A DNA stretch of 64,000 nucleotides from Eledone cirrhosa (GCA_964016885.1 OZ024741.1:328104001-328168000); one strand, 5' to 3'. Shown: positions 27,207 to 42,081, counted from the first letter of the stretch. The notes: generated by a model not told the origin, from the sequence alone. A program made the numbers and translations.

Positions 27207-27812
27207 TGACTTTTGGGAGGCTCCCATACAGCTCTGAGTTTTTCATCTTCAGTGTATACTGATTAATGTTCAGAGCCATCCTCAGCATTCTCGTGTAGCA
27301 CCTATCCACCATCTGAGCGAGTTTCTTGGTCAGTGTCCAAGTCTCAGACCCGTACAGCAGTACAGACTCCATACAGCACTGGAGAGGCTGATTTTCAGGT
27401 CTTTACGAAGCTCCGACTTACACACCGATCTCAAGCTGTGGCACGCCGCCCAGGCTTTGCTCTTCCTCTCAACCACATTATCTTCCCTATTCCCAATCTT
27501 TGCTCCCAAATACAGGAAGTCCTCAACCAATTCTAGCGACATCCCGCTTACATTAGCTCAAAAGTGACACAGAGGAGACTGAGGTTAGCTGGACATGCTC
27601 ACCGACATCCAGAGTTGACATTGCACTCAGTGCTCCTGTGGGAGCCATCCCCTACATGGACACACTGGAAGAGGAAGACCAAGGTTAACGTTTTTCGATG
27701 CCCTAAGGACAGACACTGGTCTGTTGGAGACGCAGGACATGGCAGCGATAATGAGGGACAGTGACCGCTGGAGAGAACTCGTCCATGGATCTCGGGAATT
27801 TTACCCGCCCTA
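27207..27812. mobile_element. RTE-like LINE 3' fragment with internal inversion
   Basis: Minus ESVLLYGSETWTL..MLRMAL. Plus QRRLRLAGHAHRHPEL. Ends TTTTACCCGCCCTAGA followed by (TA)n. Confidence 0.85.
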
Positions 27813-28103
27813 GATATATATATATATCTGTTGTTTTTTGAGGAGAATAAGTAATTGACATAGTCACTACTTTAAAACTCATGGCGAATGCTCTACAAAA
27901 TGTTTTTAATTAAACATACAGTATTTTCCCAAATATGCTATACATACATTCATGTATACATCGTTATTTCAGAGCACCAATACTAATAGATATATATAAT
28001 AGTAGAATATTGGAGCGTTATATCCGTAGTAGTAGAGCACTCAGTCCATAGGACGAGTTCACCACACCGAGATCAAATATTTGGATCCTCAGCTCGGATT
28101 CAG

Positions 28104-28146
28104 ACCGATCTGAGGATCCGAATAAGGTGAATCATTTGTTCTCGGT
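28104..28146 (+). ncRNA. Degenerate hammerhead, family G
   Basis: ACCGAT-CTGAGGA-TCCGAATAAGGT-GAATC-ATTT-GTT-CTCGGT. Better copy at 35110-35147. Confidence 0.5.
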
Positions 28147-28195
28147 AGGGTGAACTAACTGTTGTGGAACTTCACTACTTCTATATATATAATAT

Positions 28196-28420
<225 letters not shown>

Positions 28421-28499
28421 GTATACATGACTTCACACACATACATACATACACACATTCTCACACACACACATACCCACACACACAAACACACACACA

Positions 28500-28622
<123 letters not shown>

Positions 28623-29261
28623 AAAGCGAGAGAGGCGTAGATTAATTACATAGTACTCAAACCCCAGTTATTTCATAACTTACATAGTTTTTTACTTTTC
28701 ATCACATATTCATTATACTACTACAGTGATAAAAGGTAATAGGTAGTGGCAACATGTAGTTTTCTTCTACCGAGGTTCCTTCTGGTATAGAGTCTCCTTA
28801 TTATACAACCATAGGCATTGTGTTATTCTGGTGTAGGTGAAGCCATTTTAATGATATCCCCAGCATGGTGTCGAGTTATATTAAAACAGTGACATAAGTC
28901 TAACATCAACAAGTACAATGACCGTCTAGACTTTGGCATTATATGAAATAAGTATCGACCTCAATCGAACGGTGAAACAATTCTAAAGTCTTCCATTAAT
29001 GTATTTCCACGTTTGCATATTGATATTATCCTCTTATTTAATTGTGTGTTGATGTTGTTGATGATGTTGATATTCATTACAATTCAGATTGTCTCTCTCT
29101 CAACCACGCTCCCCCCCCCCCTCTCTCTTTCTCTCTGTCTGCATATAGATATATAGATATATATATGTAACTGAAAGATAAACAGAAATAACAACACAAT
29201 TGGTACAGTATATGGAAGGAATATATTAGGTTAACGCTTGAAATAGCAGGAAGAGAGTGTT

Positions 29262-29289
29262 AACGTTTCGGACGCAAGTCCTTCAGCGG
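29262..29289 (-). ncRNA. Degenerate hammerhead
   Basis: CCGCTGA-A-GGAC(TTGC)GTCC-GAAAC-GTT. Stem I is not evident. Confidence 0.4.
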
Positions 29290-29584
29290 AAGAAAGAATA
29301 AGAAATAAGATGGATTGAAGGGACGGGCGGGTGGGAATTGGAAAAATGTTTTTAGATAGAAATAACAGGTCCATTCATGTTGATATCTCTTGGAAAACTG
29401 TTGATTGTGGCGTTTTGTGTATGATTTTTTTTTTTTAAGTGGATGATAGAACGCGTCTACCTGAAAAGGGAAAAAAAAAACAATTTTGTAAAAATATATT
29501 AATGTATGTATGTTGTGCCTGTCTGTGTGTGTATGGGTGGGTGTATGCGCATATATACATATATCCGTATATATATATATATAT

Positions 29585-31865
29585 AAATTAATAAAAACAA
29601 TGAACAAAAACAAAGAACAAGTTCCTTATATTAAGAAATTCAGCATTTTACGATTGTTCCTAGGATATATATGTCTGTTAGAATGTATCTCATATAGATC
29701 TATGTAAAAACTTTACAAACTATCAGAGGAAATATACACAACCTTCACGTATACATGCTGTCTTCAGAAATAATGATATTTGTTTATTGAAAAACAACAA
29801 CAAAGATTTAATATAATAGGTCTGTTTGGGAACAGGTTTTGAATTGACCAATAGAAAAGTAGTAAATGGTCAAGTTGATGGAATAGTAGTAGTAGAAATT
29901 TAATTTAGGGGTAGAGGAATGCAGACTTAAGTTTTGAATGGAAAGAATACTTTGAATGAAAAGAATACTTTGGGGATGAAAATAGGTCAAACCGCTGAAA
30001 GGTACACTAACGTTTGATGTTATTATAGAATAATGCTAATTTTAAAATCGAAGGAGAATAAAATTTTAGGGTAAAATGTTAGTGAGAAATACCAATCTTA
30101 TTTAAAACACAAGGAATTTACATCTATAACAAGAAATTAAATTGATTGATAGGTATACTTATAGGGATAAATTTATATTAATTCATATGGATGTGATAAA
30201 TAAGAGTTAGATGTTATTAAAGAATGTTGTTAAAAACGAAGGAAAATAAAATTTTCGGATAAATGTATTTGTGAGAAATACCAAACTTATATAGACTACA
30301 AGGAATCTAGATTCATAACAGGAAATTAAAATAGTTTATATGTATACTTATAGGTATTAATTTTAGGAAAAGAAAGCTGTAAAAGGGAAATAAAATTATG
30401 AAGTTATCTGTAGTAAAATACTAATTATAGGTTAACTAAATTTAAAAGAATAATTATAATATGTAAAATATAAGTTTAATTAGGTTTATAATATTTGAAA
30501 ATTCTTCTAATTCTATGATTGCAAGATATAATTAATTCTTGTCGATTATTTAATAGGATATCCTTAGATTTCATTATTTCAAAAAGTTCCTGGGCACATA
30601 ATCTACACTCATATCTGTTATTTTGATAAGGGGTGGCCCTTTTGAGCACACTCCAGTCCAGGTTGTAATCGATATTCTATTTTCTATAATTATTAATTGT
30701 TTCAGCCAAGGATGTTGTATTAGCTAATGCGGCATTTTTAAAACTATGTTTGTGGGTATTAAATCTTACTTTAAATTGGTTAGAAGTAGCTCCTATATAT
30801 GAATAAGTTGAGTCATTAGGGCTAATTTTACATTTATATACTATGTTATTAATAAGACAATTTCCCTTTAATGGGCAATTTCTTTTGTTTCTACAGTTAC
30901 AACCATTCACGGGAGTTAGTCAACTTTGGTGTGGAATTTACTCGACTTGTTATATGTGAAGGAGATGGTGGTTTGTTGCGGTTTATTTTAGTATTATGGT
31001 TTGTTTGATGTGTTGGTGGTATATTCGTGGGTTTTTTACATTTATATGCATTGTACGCACTTATATTTTGTTGTATATTTTTGGTAGTGGAGTAGGAAAA
31101 TTTGACAGTTGATCTATTTAAAATGTGATGGTATTTATGGTTTGGCGGGATGTTTTTCTCTAGGATAGTAAACACATGTTTAGGGATATTATCTTTAATT
31201 TGTAGATTAAATGGAGCATTATACCAAGTAACTCGTCTATTACGGTTTCGATGTTGCTTTTTATATTTATACGATGTATCAGGATGTTTACTAAGAGAGT
31301 TAGTATTAGTGAATTTATTATATATATGTTTACTTAAATTAACTGATTTAGGTGTTTTAGTCTGATTATTAGGAATTTTGTTAGTAATGTTATTAACGTA
31401 TATTGGAGTATTAGGATGAATGGTTTTTTGAAAGTTATTATATTTTATGTGAGCAGAGGTAGAGAAATTATGTTTTAAGTTGGTATTTTTGGGTGTAGTG
31501 TTCCCAAACAGACCTATTATATTAAATCGTTGTTGTTATTTTTCAATAAACAAATATCATTATTTCTGAAGACAGCGCTTAACTTTGCCTTTCATCCTTA
31601 CGGGGTCGATAAAATAAAGTACCAGTAATGTAGTGGGTAATTGCTGGCGTTGTGCCTAAAGTAGAAAGAATTATTTCTGAAGACAGTATATATATGTGAA
31701 GGTATGTATATTTCCTCTGATAGTTTGTAAAATGTTTACATAGATCTATATGATATACATACTAGCACACATATATATCCTAGAAACGATTGTAAAATGA
31801 TGAATTTCTTAATAGAAGGAACTTGTTCTTTTTTATATCCAGTGTTTCTATTAATTTATCTTGTA
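29585..31865 (-). mobile_element. 5'-truncated PLE (GIY-YIG at about 30480-31260) with inverted pLTR arm (about 31497-31865)
   Basis: RVTWYNAPF, KFSYSTTKN, CNCRNKRNCPLKGNCL, IVYKC..YIGATSNQFKVRFNTHKHSF. 31497-31860 is the reverse complement of about 29585-29835. Confidence 0.88.
31576..31669 (+). mobile_element. 5'-truncated Nin-domain SINE with 17-bp TSD
   Basis: ATTATTTCTGAAGACAG duplicated at 31559-31575 and 31670-31686. The insert is absent from the sister arm. Confidence 0.88.
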
Positions 31866-32041
31866 TGTGTTTTCGTGTGATTTTCATCGAGAAATGTTTG
31901 AATACATCTTCTCTTTTCATGATATTTGGATTACATTGAGTTCTTCATACGGATTGGACAATACCGTATATTTTGGTAGATTTATCGACATATATATATT
32001 AAAATATAAGTACTAATAAAATAGATGTTCTTTTCATCAAT

Positions 32042-32314
32042 TATATTTTATTATACATATTTCGGACGTACAACAGTACGTCCTCATCAGAAAAAATATA
32101 ATGATACAAGACATACCCTGAGATGTTAAATGGTTAAGATCTCAGGGTATGTCTTGTATCATTATATTTTTTCTGATGAGGACGTACTGTTGTACGTCCG
32201 AAATATGTATAATAAAATCTTAACCATTTAACATCTCAGGGTATGTCATGTATCATTATATTTTGTCTGATGAGGACGTACTGTTATACATCCGAAATAT
32301 GTATAATAAAATGT
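32042..32314. ncRNA. Cluster of three hammerheads: 32042-32100(-), 32163-32218(+), 32257-32314(+)
   Basis: CTGATGA-GGACGTAC(TGTT)GTACGTCC-GAAA-TATGT-ATA with AT-rich stem I. The third copy has stem II changes. Confidence 0.88.
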
Positions 32315-32461
32315 AATTGATCTAAAGACCATCTATTTTATTAATACTTATATTTTAATATTAATAACTCCTGAGAATTATTTTCCGGTTGAGTGGTTCC
32401 AATCTACTGTAAAACTCATTCTTTTACATAATCATCGAATATTGTTTAACAACTTAATACT

Positions 32462-32522
<61 letters not shown>

Positions 32523-32524
<2 letters not shown>

Positions 32525-33268
32525 CAACTAGAAATTGATTAACATATAAATAAACATATGAAACAATCACAGGGGATAATTTTTACAAGTGTGTAAGCAC
32601 ACATAGCTAGGTAGGTAACTAAATAAAGTTAACTAGAACTTCAAAAATAGATACCTTATAATATGATTAATCTTCCCTGTATATATTCCATTAAAGAAAT
32701 ATATTCCACCAATTAATCGAATGGTAAACGACGGAGGCCGGTACTTGGATTTTCAACAAGGAAGAAGTCCAGCGATCTGTGTTTACACATCAAGTTCAAA
32801 TCAGCGACTGGCCAGTAACACGTGCTGTATCTACTAAAAATACACACATCATACCAGCTTCGTCCCAGTGGCGTGAATAGGGTTATCGACAAGTAGAAAC
32901 AGCAGTCAAGTTCTTTCAACAGAATTAGCTCTACAATTAAGGAGCCGTATTTATATATCTATATCCAAAATTAAGATAAATCCAAATGAATGTTATCTAA
33001 ATCGAAATTATGGGTGTTGAAGTTCTAGTTAACTTTATTTAGTTACCTACCTAGGTATGTGTGCTTACACACTTGTGAAAATTATCCCCTGTGATTGTTT
33101 CATGTGTTTATTTATATGTTAAACAATTTCTAGTTGTTATAAAATGCTCGGGCCTATTCATTAGAATCTTGGAGCTTATTTTACGGGTGATATGGCGCAT
33201 GTCTTTCTGGCATGACACCCATAATTTCGATTTAGATTAAATTCATTTTGATTTATCTTAATTTTGGA
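32523..33268. repeat. Permuted copy of the 564-bp unit with inverted arm (about 33017-33268)
   Basis: Homologous to 11092-12043 but starts mid-unit. Confidence 0.88.
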
Positions 33269-33269
33269 G

Positions 33270-33324
<55 letters not shown>

Positions 33325-33327
<3 letters not shown>

Positions 33328-33827
33328 TACACCTACGGTAGTAGGTGTATAATATTCTTAAGGTCCCATTTCGGTCACTCGCGACACCTTCAAAGCTTTG
33401 TCACTAATTCAATTTTTGATAGAATTGGATGCGGTTTTTTGCACTTTATAGGACACAGATACGCTACTTTTTGACATAAAGATATTGAAATTTGGTTCAG
33501 TAGAAAAACAGTTACATAAAAATAAGTAAGGACCAAAAGAGTGTAAGGAACTACATACATAAGTAACGCTTAGTTTATTTCTAATTTCTACTATACATTA
33601 AAATACTGATAGATTGCGCAATAGCGAATTGTGGTCAGGTAGCTCAGTCGCTATAGCAGCGGACCGGCAATCCGAAGGTCGTGGGTTCGATTCCCACCCT
33701 GATTATTTTTCCTATCTGCACTTCTTCCTATTCATTATTATTTATTATTACTATTTAACTTATTTGTTGATAAATATTTTTATTAAATTAATATAATATC
33801 CTTGCATTGCCTGGAAAAAAAGTGGAT
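33325..33827 (+). mobile_element. Possible Helentron-associated (DINE/HINE-like) non-autonomous element
   Basis: 5' hairpin ATACACCTAC-GGTA-GTAGGTGTAT resembles the DINE-1 type subterminal IR. 3' end uncertain. Confidence 0.45.
33633..33705 (+). tRNA. tRNA-like sequence (anticodon GGC), probably repeat-derived pseudo-tRNA
   Basis: Acceptor GGTCAGG/CCTGATT, D arm GCTC..TAGC, CGGA(CCGGCAA)TCCG, T arm GTGGG(TTCGATT)CCCAC, followed by TTTTT. Confidence 0.7.
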
Positions 33828-33829
33828 TA

Positions 33830-35024
33830 CAGGGAAAAATGCGGGCGCATGTAAAGAAATATTCTTAAATTAATAAACCAAGAAAAGTAAAGGACAAGTT
33901 ATTACACCTGGAAAAGCAAAGGTCAAGAAAACTTCTTAAAACTTCTTAAAATATTGCAGCTAAAGTCTAAATTTGAAGAAAAATATTTAGATTATAAAAC
34001 TAAAAATAAATAAATATAAGTTAAAAAAATATCACTTTAAAAGACTGGAAAAATGACTGTCTTATAGGGAGAGTTGACTACTGTATACTTAATTTTTTTC
34101 TTGGTGTATACAAATTAATCTTTTTAAAATAAAATTTGTACAATAATTTGTACAATAATTAATTAATAATAATAATAATTAATATGTACAATTTATTAAT
34201 TTATGTTATAAGATATTTAAAAATGTTCACTCTTAATCAAATTATATTTTTTTTAATTTAGTTATAAAATAATGCAGTAAAATAAATCAAAAACAGTGCA
34301 TCATATAATTGCACTTTTTATGAGTATTACAGATTTTTTTTATAATATAGTAAAATTCAACATCTCAAGGGGCAAAATTAGGTAAAAGTCAATTCATCAA
34401 TTATTCATTTATAGTGAATCAATCAATTATAGTGAATTCATCAATTCATTAGATGAACTGTTGAATTAGACAATGTTTAATTTTTAATAGTAGTCTAATT
34501 TTACTCTACCTAAAAATGTAGATTGGTTATTTTGATCTCTGACAGGTCTTAAATTTCATTATTAAACAATTATAATTTGTTATTATTTATCATTACAGTT
34601 GGCTCCCTAATTAATTATTAATTAATTGTTAGTGTCATTTACACGCCAAAATTTTGTTTTATTTGATGTTTATAATTGTCACTCGTTTTTTCAGTCCCAT
34701 TTAGTAAAGTAAAATAAAGTATATTTATTTAATGACCCAACCACTATGGTGTAAATTAGGATCACAAAATTAAATAAATGATCATAAATTAGTATTATTA
34801 TCAATTAGAGAGTCAACTGTATTATTAGAATGTATCACTTTCTATGTATATTTAAATCAAATATTGTTTATTATTCAAATTTATACTATAGCTGCAATAT
34901 TTTAAGAAGTTTTAAGAAGAAGTTTTCTTGTCCTTTACTTTTCCAGGTGTAATAACTTGTCCTTTACTTTTCTAGGTTTATTAATTTAAGAATATTTCTT
35001 TACATGCACCCGCATTTTTCCCTA
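33830..35024. mobile_element. Non-autonomous TIR element, TA TSD, long TIRs (at least 160 bp)
   Basis: TA-CAGGGAAAAATGCGGG...CCCGCATTTTTCCCTA-TA. Very AT-rich non-coding interior. Confidence 0.88.
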
Positions 35025-35036
35025 TAATTTATATAT

Positions 35037-35070
<34 letters not shown>

Positions 35071-35109
35071 GTATATAGAAGTGGTTACACAACAGTTAGT
35101 TCACCATAC

Positions 35110-35147
35110 CGAGAACAATTGTTTCACCTTAGCGGATCCTCAGCTCG
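35110..35147 (-). ncRNA. Minimal hammerhead, family G
   Basis: CGAG-CTGAGGA-TCC(GCTAA)GGT-GAAAC-AATT-GTT-CTCG. Confidence 0.65.
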
Positions 35148-35889
35148 TAATGGACATGGTTATACGGAACAGGGAGGACAACTGTAAACAATTGTTCTCA
35201 GTATGGTGAACTAACTGTTGTGTAACCACTTCTACCTAACTCGTCCCATGGACTGAGTGCTCTACCACTACGGATATTACCTTCCAGTGTTCTACCTTCC
35301 CTTCCTTTTCCCCTCCTCCTCTACCTCACATCTCCCCATCCTCCCCTTCTTATCTTCCCGCCCATCATCTCCTACCTCCATTTGCACCCCTTCTTCCCCT
35401 CGCCCCTCTATTCCCTGATTTGCCTTCCTACAATTCCACCCCTTCCTCCTCTATTCTCTCTCATCCCCTTCCTCCGGTACCTCACCATCCCCCTTTCACC
35501 TCTTCCCCCTGCCTCCTCCTCTGTTTCTTTCCTACCTCTCCTTGCTCTCCTTTTCTCCTTGCCCACTTTTTTCTCATTGCTCTACTTGCTCTCTTTTTTT
35601 CATTGCTCTCATTGCTCTCCTTGCTCTCCGTTTCTCCTTCCTCTCCTTGCTCTCCTGCCCACCTTTTCTCTTTACTCCCCTTTTCTCTTTGCTCTCCCCT
35701 TCTCCCATGTACTTTTTTATATACAAATACAACGAGAATAGGAATTCAAGGAGAAATATGAAAGCAAGGATAGTAAGGAGAGTATATATATATACATATC
35801 ATATATACATGGGTATATATATATATGTGTATATATATGTATATATATGTATATATGTATATATATATAATATTATTCAAAATATTAAT

Positions 35890-38800
35890 AAATGAGAAAT
35901 ATCATAACCAAAGTTTATATTTTATTATACATATTTCAAAGGTACAATGGTGTTTCAGTACATTTTCATCAGATAAAATATATAAGAGATTGAATATGTG
36001 ACATACCGCTAAGGTACTTGAATCTTCAATTCCTGTAGTGGCAGGAAGTTATTTCACCCACCCTCAACATTTATATACCACAAATAATATGATAAACTTA
36101 GAGAAGAAGAGGACGTAAAGCAACGAAAAAATATAGAAGGGGAGTAGAAAGGGAAGATTGGGAGAGAAAGAGAGGGAAATAAAGAAAAGAAGAAAAGGAA
36201 GATGTGAGAGAAAGAGAGGGAAATAAAGAAAAGAAGAAAAGGAAGATGTGGAGAGAAAGAAAGGGAAATAAAGAAAAGAAGAAAAAGAAAGATGCGGAGA
36301 GAAAAGAAGGGAAATAAAGAAAAGAAGAAAAGGGAAAGGAAAAGATAAAGTAAAGGAGAGAGTACAAAAACCCGTTGTTTTCAAATGCTACACAAAAATT
36401 CGAAAATTCAAAAAATGTTCAGATTATTTATTAGTGAATACCACTTGTATTGGATTACGCTTCAGTTAATTATAAGTTTATAATATATCTAGATTATTAG
36501 GTATAGATTAATTTCTACGGTAATCGATTATTTAAGTTCATTACAAGTTTATATGATTAAATTAATTTAATTTAATTTAACTCATTCTAGATTATGACAA
36601 TGTTTTATTATAAGGTAAGATATTCTATTTAGCATTATAATGTAACAATTAAACAATTTATCTTTAATGCTTATTAAATAACTATTAAATATAAATTAAG
36701 ATATATTAAAATTGCATATATCCACATGAATATATTATATATTTTGTTCATGTATCATCTAAATTAATTAAAAATTCTACTTTATGTGAAAATTCGTTAT
36801 TTTTTAAATTTTCATTTATTTTTTTAAATCTAACTATGGTTATATTTACTCTCCATAAACTTTATTTCACTTAATGAATGGTTATATTTATATTTACTTC
36901 AATACTTAATTATTCTAATATATATAGTTTAAGTTTAATGATGCAAGGTAATAACATTTACGGACAATATAAACAAAAGCAAGATACCTCTTTTACGATG
37001 TAAAACAATTTTTTTACTTAGAGGGAATATCTTTACTCTCGTCCAATGATCTTTTAAGATCCTCAACATATCTAATGTATATATATTAATTGATATCTAA
37101 TTAAATAGTGAGCTATCCTAATCAATTCGTAGGATTAAAAAAAACTCTCAATGAGGCTATGCTATTACATATAAATATCTATAGATTATTACTTTAATAA
37201 GGCAGAATTTATATATATTCAAGGTATATTGCCTGGAAAGTCTTATCTATTTTATGATGACAACTACTAAATAATTCATTCTTTTTGTTGATTAAATTGT
37301 CATAGTTTGTGATTATGTGAATGATTTCCTCATATCAAAGATGGCAAAATTCTGAGATTGCAGAGTTCCGGTAGAGGTTAGCATTAGTTAATTTTCTCCA
37401 AGAGATGGAGTATTTAAGGACGATACTAATTGTGAAAGGAAAGTTGAATATTTTTTTATCTGGTTTATTAAAAGTATGCTTGTGATTAAACCAACGGTCC
37501 TTAAATTTAGATGAAGTGGCGCCTATGTAATTATATACCTTAACATTTGCCTTAATGGTACATTTATATACAAGTTTTTTCATCAAGGCAATTATTTTGT
37601 AATGGGCATTCGGAACTATTTCTACAATTACAATTATTCTCATTGTTATTTAACGGTATTATACCATTCGCATTGCTATTTAAAGGCGATATACTATTAT
37701 TCATGTTTAGACTATTATTATTGTTATTTCTATTAATTAATATATTATTATTATTATTATTATTGCTTAGTAGAGGTTGGTTTGATTTTAGAGTCTTATT
37801 ATTTATTTTTGCTATATTTTGAGCTATATTCATAGTAGTTGAGTAAGAGAGCTTAACTGTATGTCTATTGAAGATAGGCTAATAATTATGAGATCTAGCG
37901 AAGAATTTATCTAAAGCTTTAAAGAATAAGTGTGCTACAGGTGTCTTAATACCTAAGGATGCTGTCGGTGCATACCAAATTATAGATCTAGTTTTTACTT
38001 TCTTTGTTTATTCATCCAGTTGTTGTGTTTATATTAATTTTTATGATGATTATTATTAATTTTATTTTGATGGATTTCAGTATTTTTATCTATATACTCA
38101 ATGTTATTGTTATATCCAACTTTATGTAGCGCTTCATTATAATATACAGCTTTACTAATAAATATAGATCTATTAGCAGAAATCTGGAGATTCTTTGTTG
38201 TACACTATTGACTATCGCATTCTTAACACTTTTAGGATGCTTAGAATAACAACTAACATAATTTAACATTTCATTAATTTTGTGGAAAGGGTAATAAAGG
38301 CTTGAGTTAAGATTTAGAGTCACATCCAAAAGGTTAACTATTTTATTATTATTTTCTATTTCTAATTTCAGGTCGTAACTTTCTTTCTTCTATTAATTCA
38401 CTATTGTTATGTTTTTCCATAAAAAATAGTATGTCGTCCCTATATAAACCTCCGGCAATCTCCAGCAATTTTCTATTTATCAACTTAAGGATAAAAATGT
38501 CCAGAGGTCTGTAACTTGAGCCGAGTCCGAAGAGTCCATCATAGTGTCAACATTCTTCGGTCTATCAGCTGTAGTCCAGAGATCCTTATTAAAATCTATC
38601 AAAGTTCGCCTTACCGTTAATATAATATTTATCTCCTCACTAGATAAGTCTGTGTTTGTATGCATATAATATCGCCTTATTTAATAAATTGGGCGTTATC
38701 GAGGAATAATAACTGGCTATATCCATTTGAATAAACTTATAATTATGTTTATGCTTAATATTTATGAACCAATCGATAACTTCACTTGTACCCTTCCATA

Positions 38801-39016
38801 GATTTAGTTGTGACTTCAATTTAAGTGTTGGTATAATCCTATCTATTATATTCATGCTAATGATTCCTAGATCAGATTTAGAAGGTGCTATACGTGTTAC
38901 TGGTAAATATTCCTCAAAGTTTTTTATGGTCTTTCATATTAATCCTCGGCTGTTTTGGTAGGAAAGGTTCTGTTTTACGCTCGATTCCTAGGTTGGTGAT
39001 AAGTTTATAGGCTTCC

Positions 39017-39020
<4 letters not shown>
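35890..39020 (-). mobile_element. Degraded PLE (RT, GIY-YIG and long AT-rich 3' UTR)
   Basis: LWKGTSEVIDWF, FIQMDIASYYSSI, SSDSAQVTDL, GLYRDD, CNCRNSSECPLQNNCL, YIGATSSKFKDRWFNHK. Confidence 0.9.
35916..35982 (-). ncRNA. Type I hammerhead at PLE 3' end
   Basis: TATATTTTAT-CTGATGA-AAA.GTAC..GTAC.TTT-GAAA-TATGT-ATA-ATAAAATATA. Confidence 0.8.
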
Positions 39021-39114
<94 letters not shown>

Positions 39115-39152
39115 TATATATATATATATTTATGTATATATATATATTTATC

Positions 39153-39187
<35 letters not shown>

Positions 39188-39220
39188 GTATATATGAATA
39201 TATATATATATATGTATATA

Positions 39221-39286
<66 letters not shown>

Positions 39287-39301
39287 TATATATATATATA
39301 G

Positions 39302-39386
<85 letters not shown>

Positions 39387-39892
39387 AATTTTGTAACCTT
39401 TGCATCCTCGAGTCTAGAAATATTATTCATTCTAATCTTAGTCTGTTAAATAGGAAATCAGAGATCTTTTCCACGTGTCCACATTACCAAAGATTCTCTT
39501 TCCACTACTTAAAACCTTGTAACTAATAATAAAAATAAAATTAAAAGCCAATGTCAGAGATAATAATAGACCACTAACTTTAAATTTATCCAATTAGATC
39601 TTCATAAATATAGGACTACCCCTTAATTAAAAGACCACACTAACCTATATACTGTCAATAAACCCCTTTTTTGATCTCTTACATTATACAATTAAAATAA
39701 TTAAATAATATAGATACTCTAATATACTCTCAATATACAACACCAACTAAATACCAGACAACTGCGTATATAACACCAATTATTCCAGCCTGTATAATGC
39801 AACTCCCTATCCTGTCATAAAAAAACTTCAACTCTCTCTGCACAATCTGTATATATACATATAGTAATGTAATAAACAACATAAGGCAATTA

Positions 39893-39950
39893 TTCCATTT
39901 ACCAGTGGTTTCTTAAAAGCAAAAAATGTTGCTTTCAATCATCAGAATTA
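39893..39950 (-). ncRNA. Type I hammerhead
   Basis: CTGATGA-TTGAAAGCAA(CATTT)TTGCTTTTAA-GAA-ACC(ACT)GGT-A-AATGG. Confidence 0.8.
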
Positions 39951-40052
39951 AAAAATCCTGGTCTATTTATTGAATTCGATTCTTAAAAAACAAAAATGCA
40001 GTCTTTAGGAAAGTGAGTCTGGAGAAGGAAGAAGAAAAGGAAAAATAAAATA

Positions 40053-40125
<73 letters not shown>

Positions 40126-40139
40126 TTATATACATCCAC

Positions 40140-40172
<33 letters not shown>

Positions 40173-40242
40173 CATACACACATCATACACACATAAATAT
40201 CAACATATCCATGCATACGCATACATATATACAACCACACAC

Positions 40243-40303
<61 letters not shown>

Positions 40304-40847
40304 TGCATACACATTCACATACATAGCCATACACACATATATATCCATACATACATACATACACACAATCATACGTATATACACACGTACATACAAACAC
40401 ATACATACACACATATGTACATGCATACATATGCATGCACAATATTAGAAAAATATACACACACCTCTACATATTCACACACGCAAATAAATATAAGAAA
40501 AAATATGTATAAAAAATATATATAAAAAATAATAAAGAAGACAAAAGTTGACAGCGATACAGGCAACAAAAAAATGAAAAAACACAGGTGGTAAGCAATA
40601 CACACAAATGCACGTACACATACATACGTAAAACTAAAGACATACACACACTCTCACACATAAATATACATATACAAATACATAAACACATACATACGCA
40701 TACACAAATACATACACACACATATACACATATACATACACATATACATACACATATATATATATACATATACATACACGTATATATATATATACATATA
40801 TTAGCCGTCGAAACGGCTTGAGCTCAGCCGTCGGGGTCTTACTTGTT

Positions 40848-40908
<61 letters not shown>

Positions 40909-41249
40909 ACATATACATACATACACATATACACATATACACACATACATGCATAGCCATACAATTATACACATACAAATACGTACATATCACAAACACG
41001 CACAACCAAATACAAACACACACATATATATATTACCATGTTGTATTTAATGTATTTGTATTATACTGTAATTTCAACGCTGGTTTGACATTTTACTCAC
41101 TTTCTTGCCATATAATCTATTTTTGTAACTGCAAACTTTTAGCTTTAGCTGCTTTTCCTTCCTATCTCTCATAAGCTTTCATGGATATGAATTCCCTATT
41201 ATTCTGAGTTTTGAGGTTCTGGCTGTTAATGCTTCTTATCTGTTTAATT

Positions 41250-41290
41250 GCCCTGATGAGTCCTTATTAATGGGACGAAACATTGTAGGC
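41250..41290 (+). ncRNA. Minimal canonical hammerhead
   Basis: GCC-CTGATGA-GTCCT(TATTAAT)GGGAC-GAAAC-ATT-GTA-GGC. Confidence 0.88.
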
Positions 41291-41511
41291 TAATAAAGAC
41301 TTTTGATGTATTGAAGGCTTCTTTGTCTATTTTTATAATTGTTCGGCTCTGTTGTATTACATTGAGCTATATCTTATTCTGTCATTTCCATAATACGACG
41401 AGTGTGTTTTACTCCAACGCACTCTAGTATTTTAATTCTTTTATATATATATATGTGTAAAACTCATTCTTAGATAATTCATATGAACCTTATTTAAATC
41501 TAAAATATACA

Positions 41512-41563
<52 letters not shown>

Positions 41564-41923
41564 CACATACACATACATACTTACTAACATACACATATAT
41601 ACCTACACACACATATATACATACACATACGTATGCATACGTACACACACACACACACATACATATATAACTCAATATATATATATATATACATATATGA
41701 GAAAAGACAAAAATAATATAAAATAAATATTTTATATATGAAAAATTTGACAAGTAATAAATAAAAAAAAAAATATATATATATATATATATTTAGAAAA
41801 GGGTATAAATGCCCCTTAGCAGACCTAGAGCACTCAACAAGCTCATGGAGCAAAAGATCAATGAAAATATTCATCAAATCACTATATATAATGATGCACA
41901 TACATACACCCTCATACAATTAT

Positions 41924-41968
<45 letters not shown>

Positions 41969-42013
41969 TATATAAAAATATATACATACACACACACACA
42001 CATGTATGTGTGA

Positions 42014-42081
<68 letters not shown>

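Noticed and set aside
29690-29775. CTGAAGA and CTGATAG motifs in the pLTR, also near 31566-31820
   Set aside because: GAAA core and stems could not be assembled convincingly.
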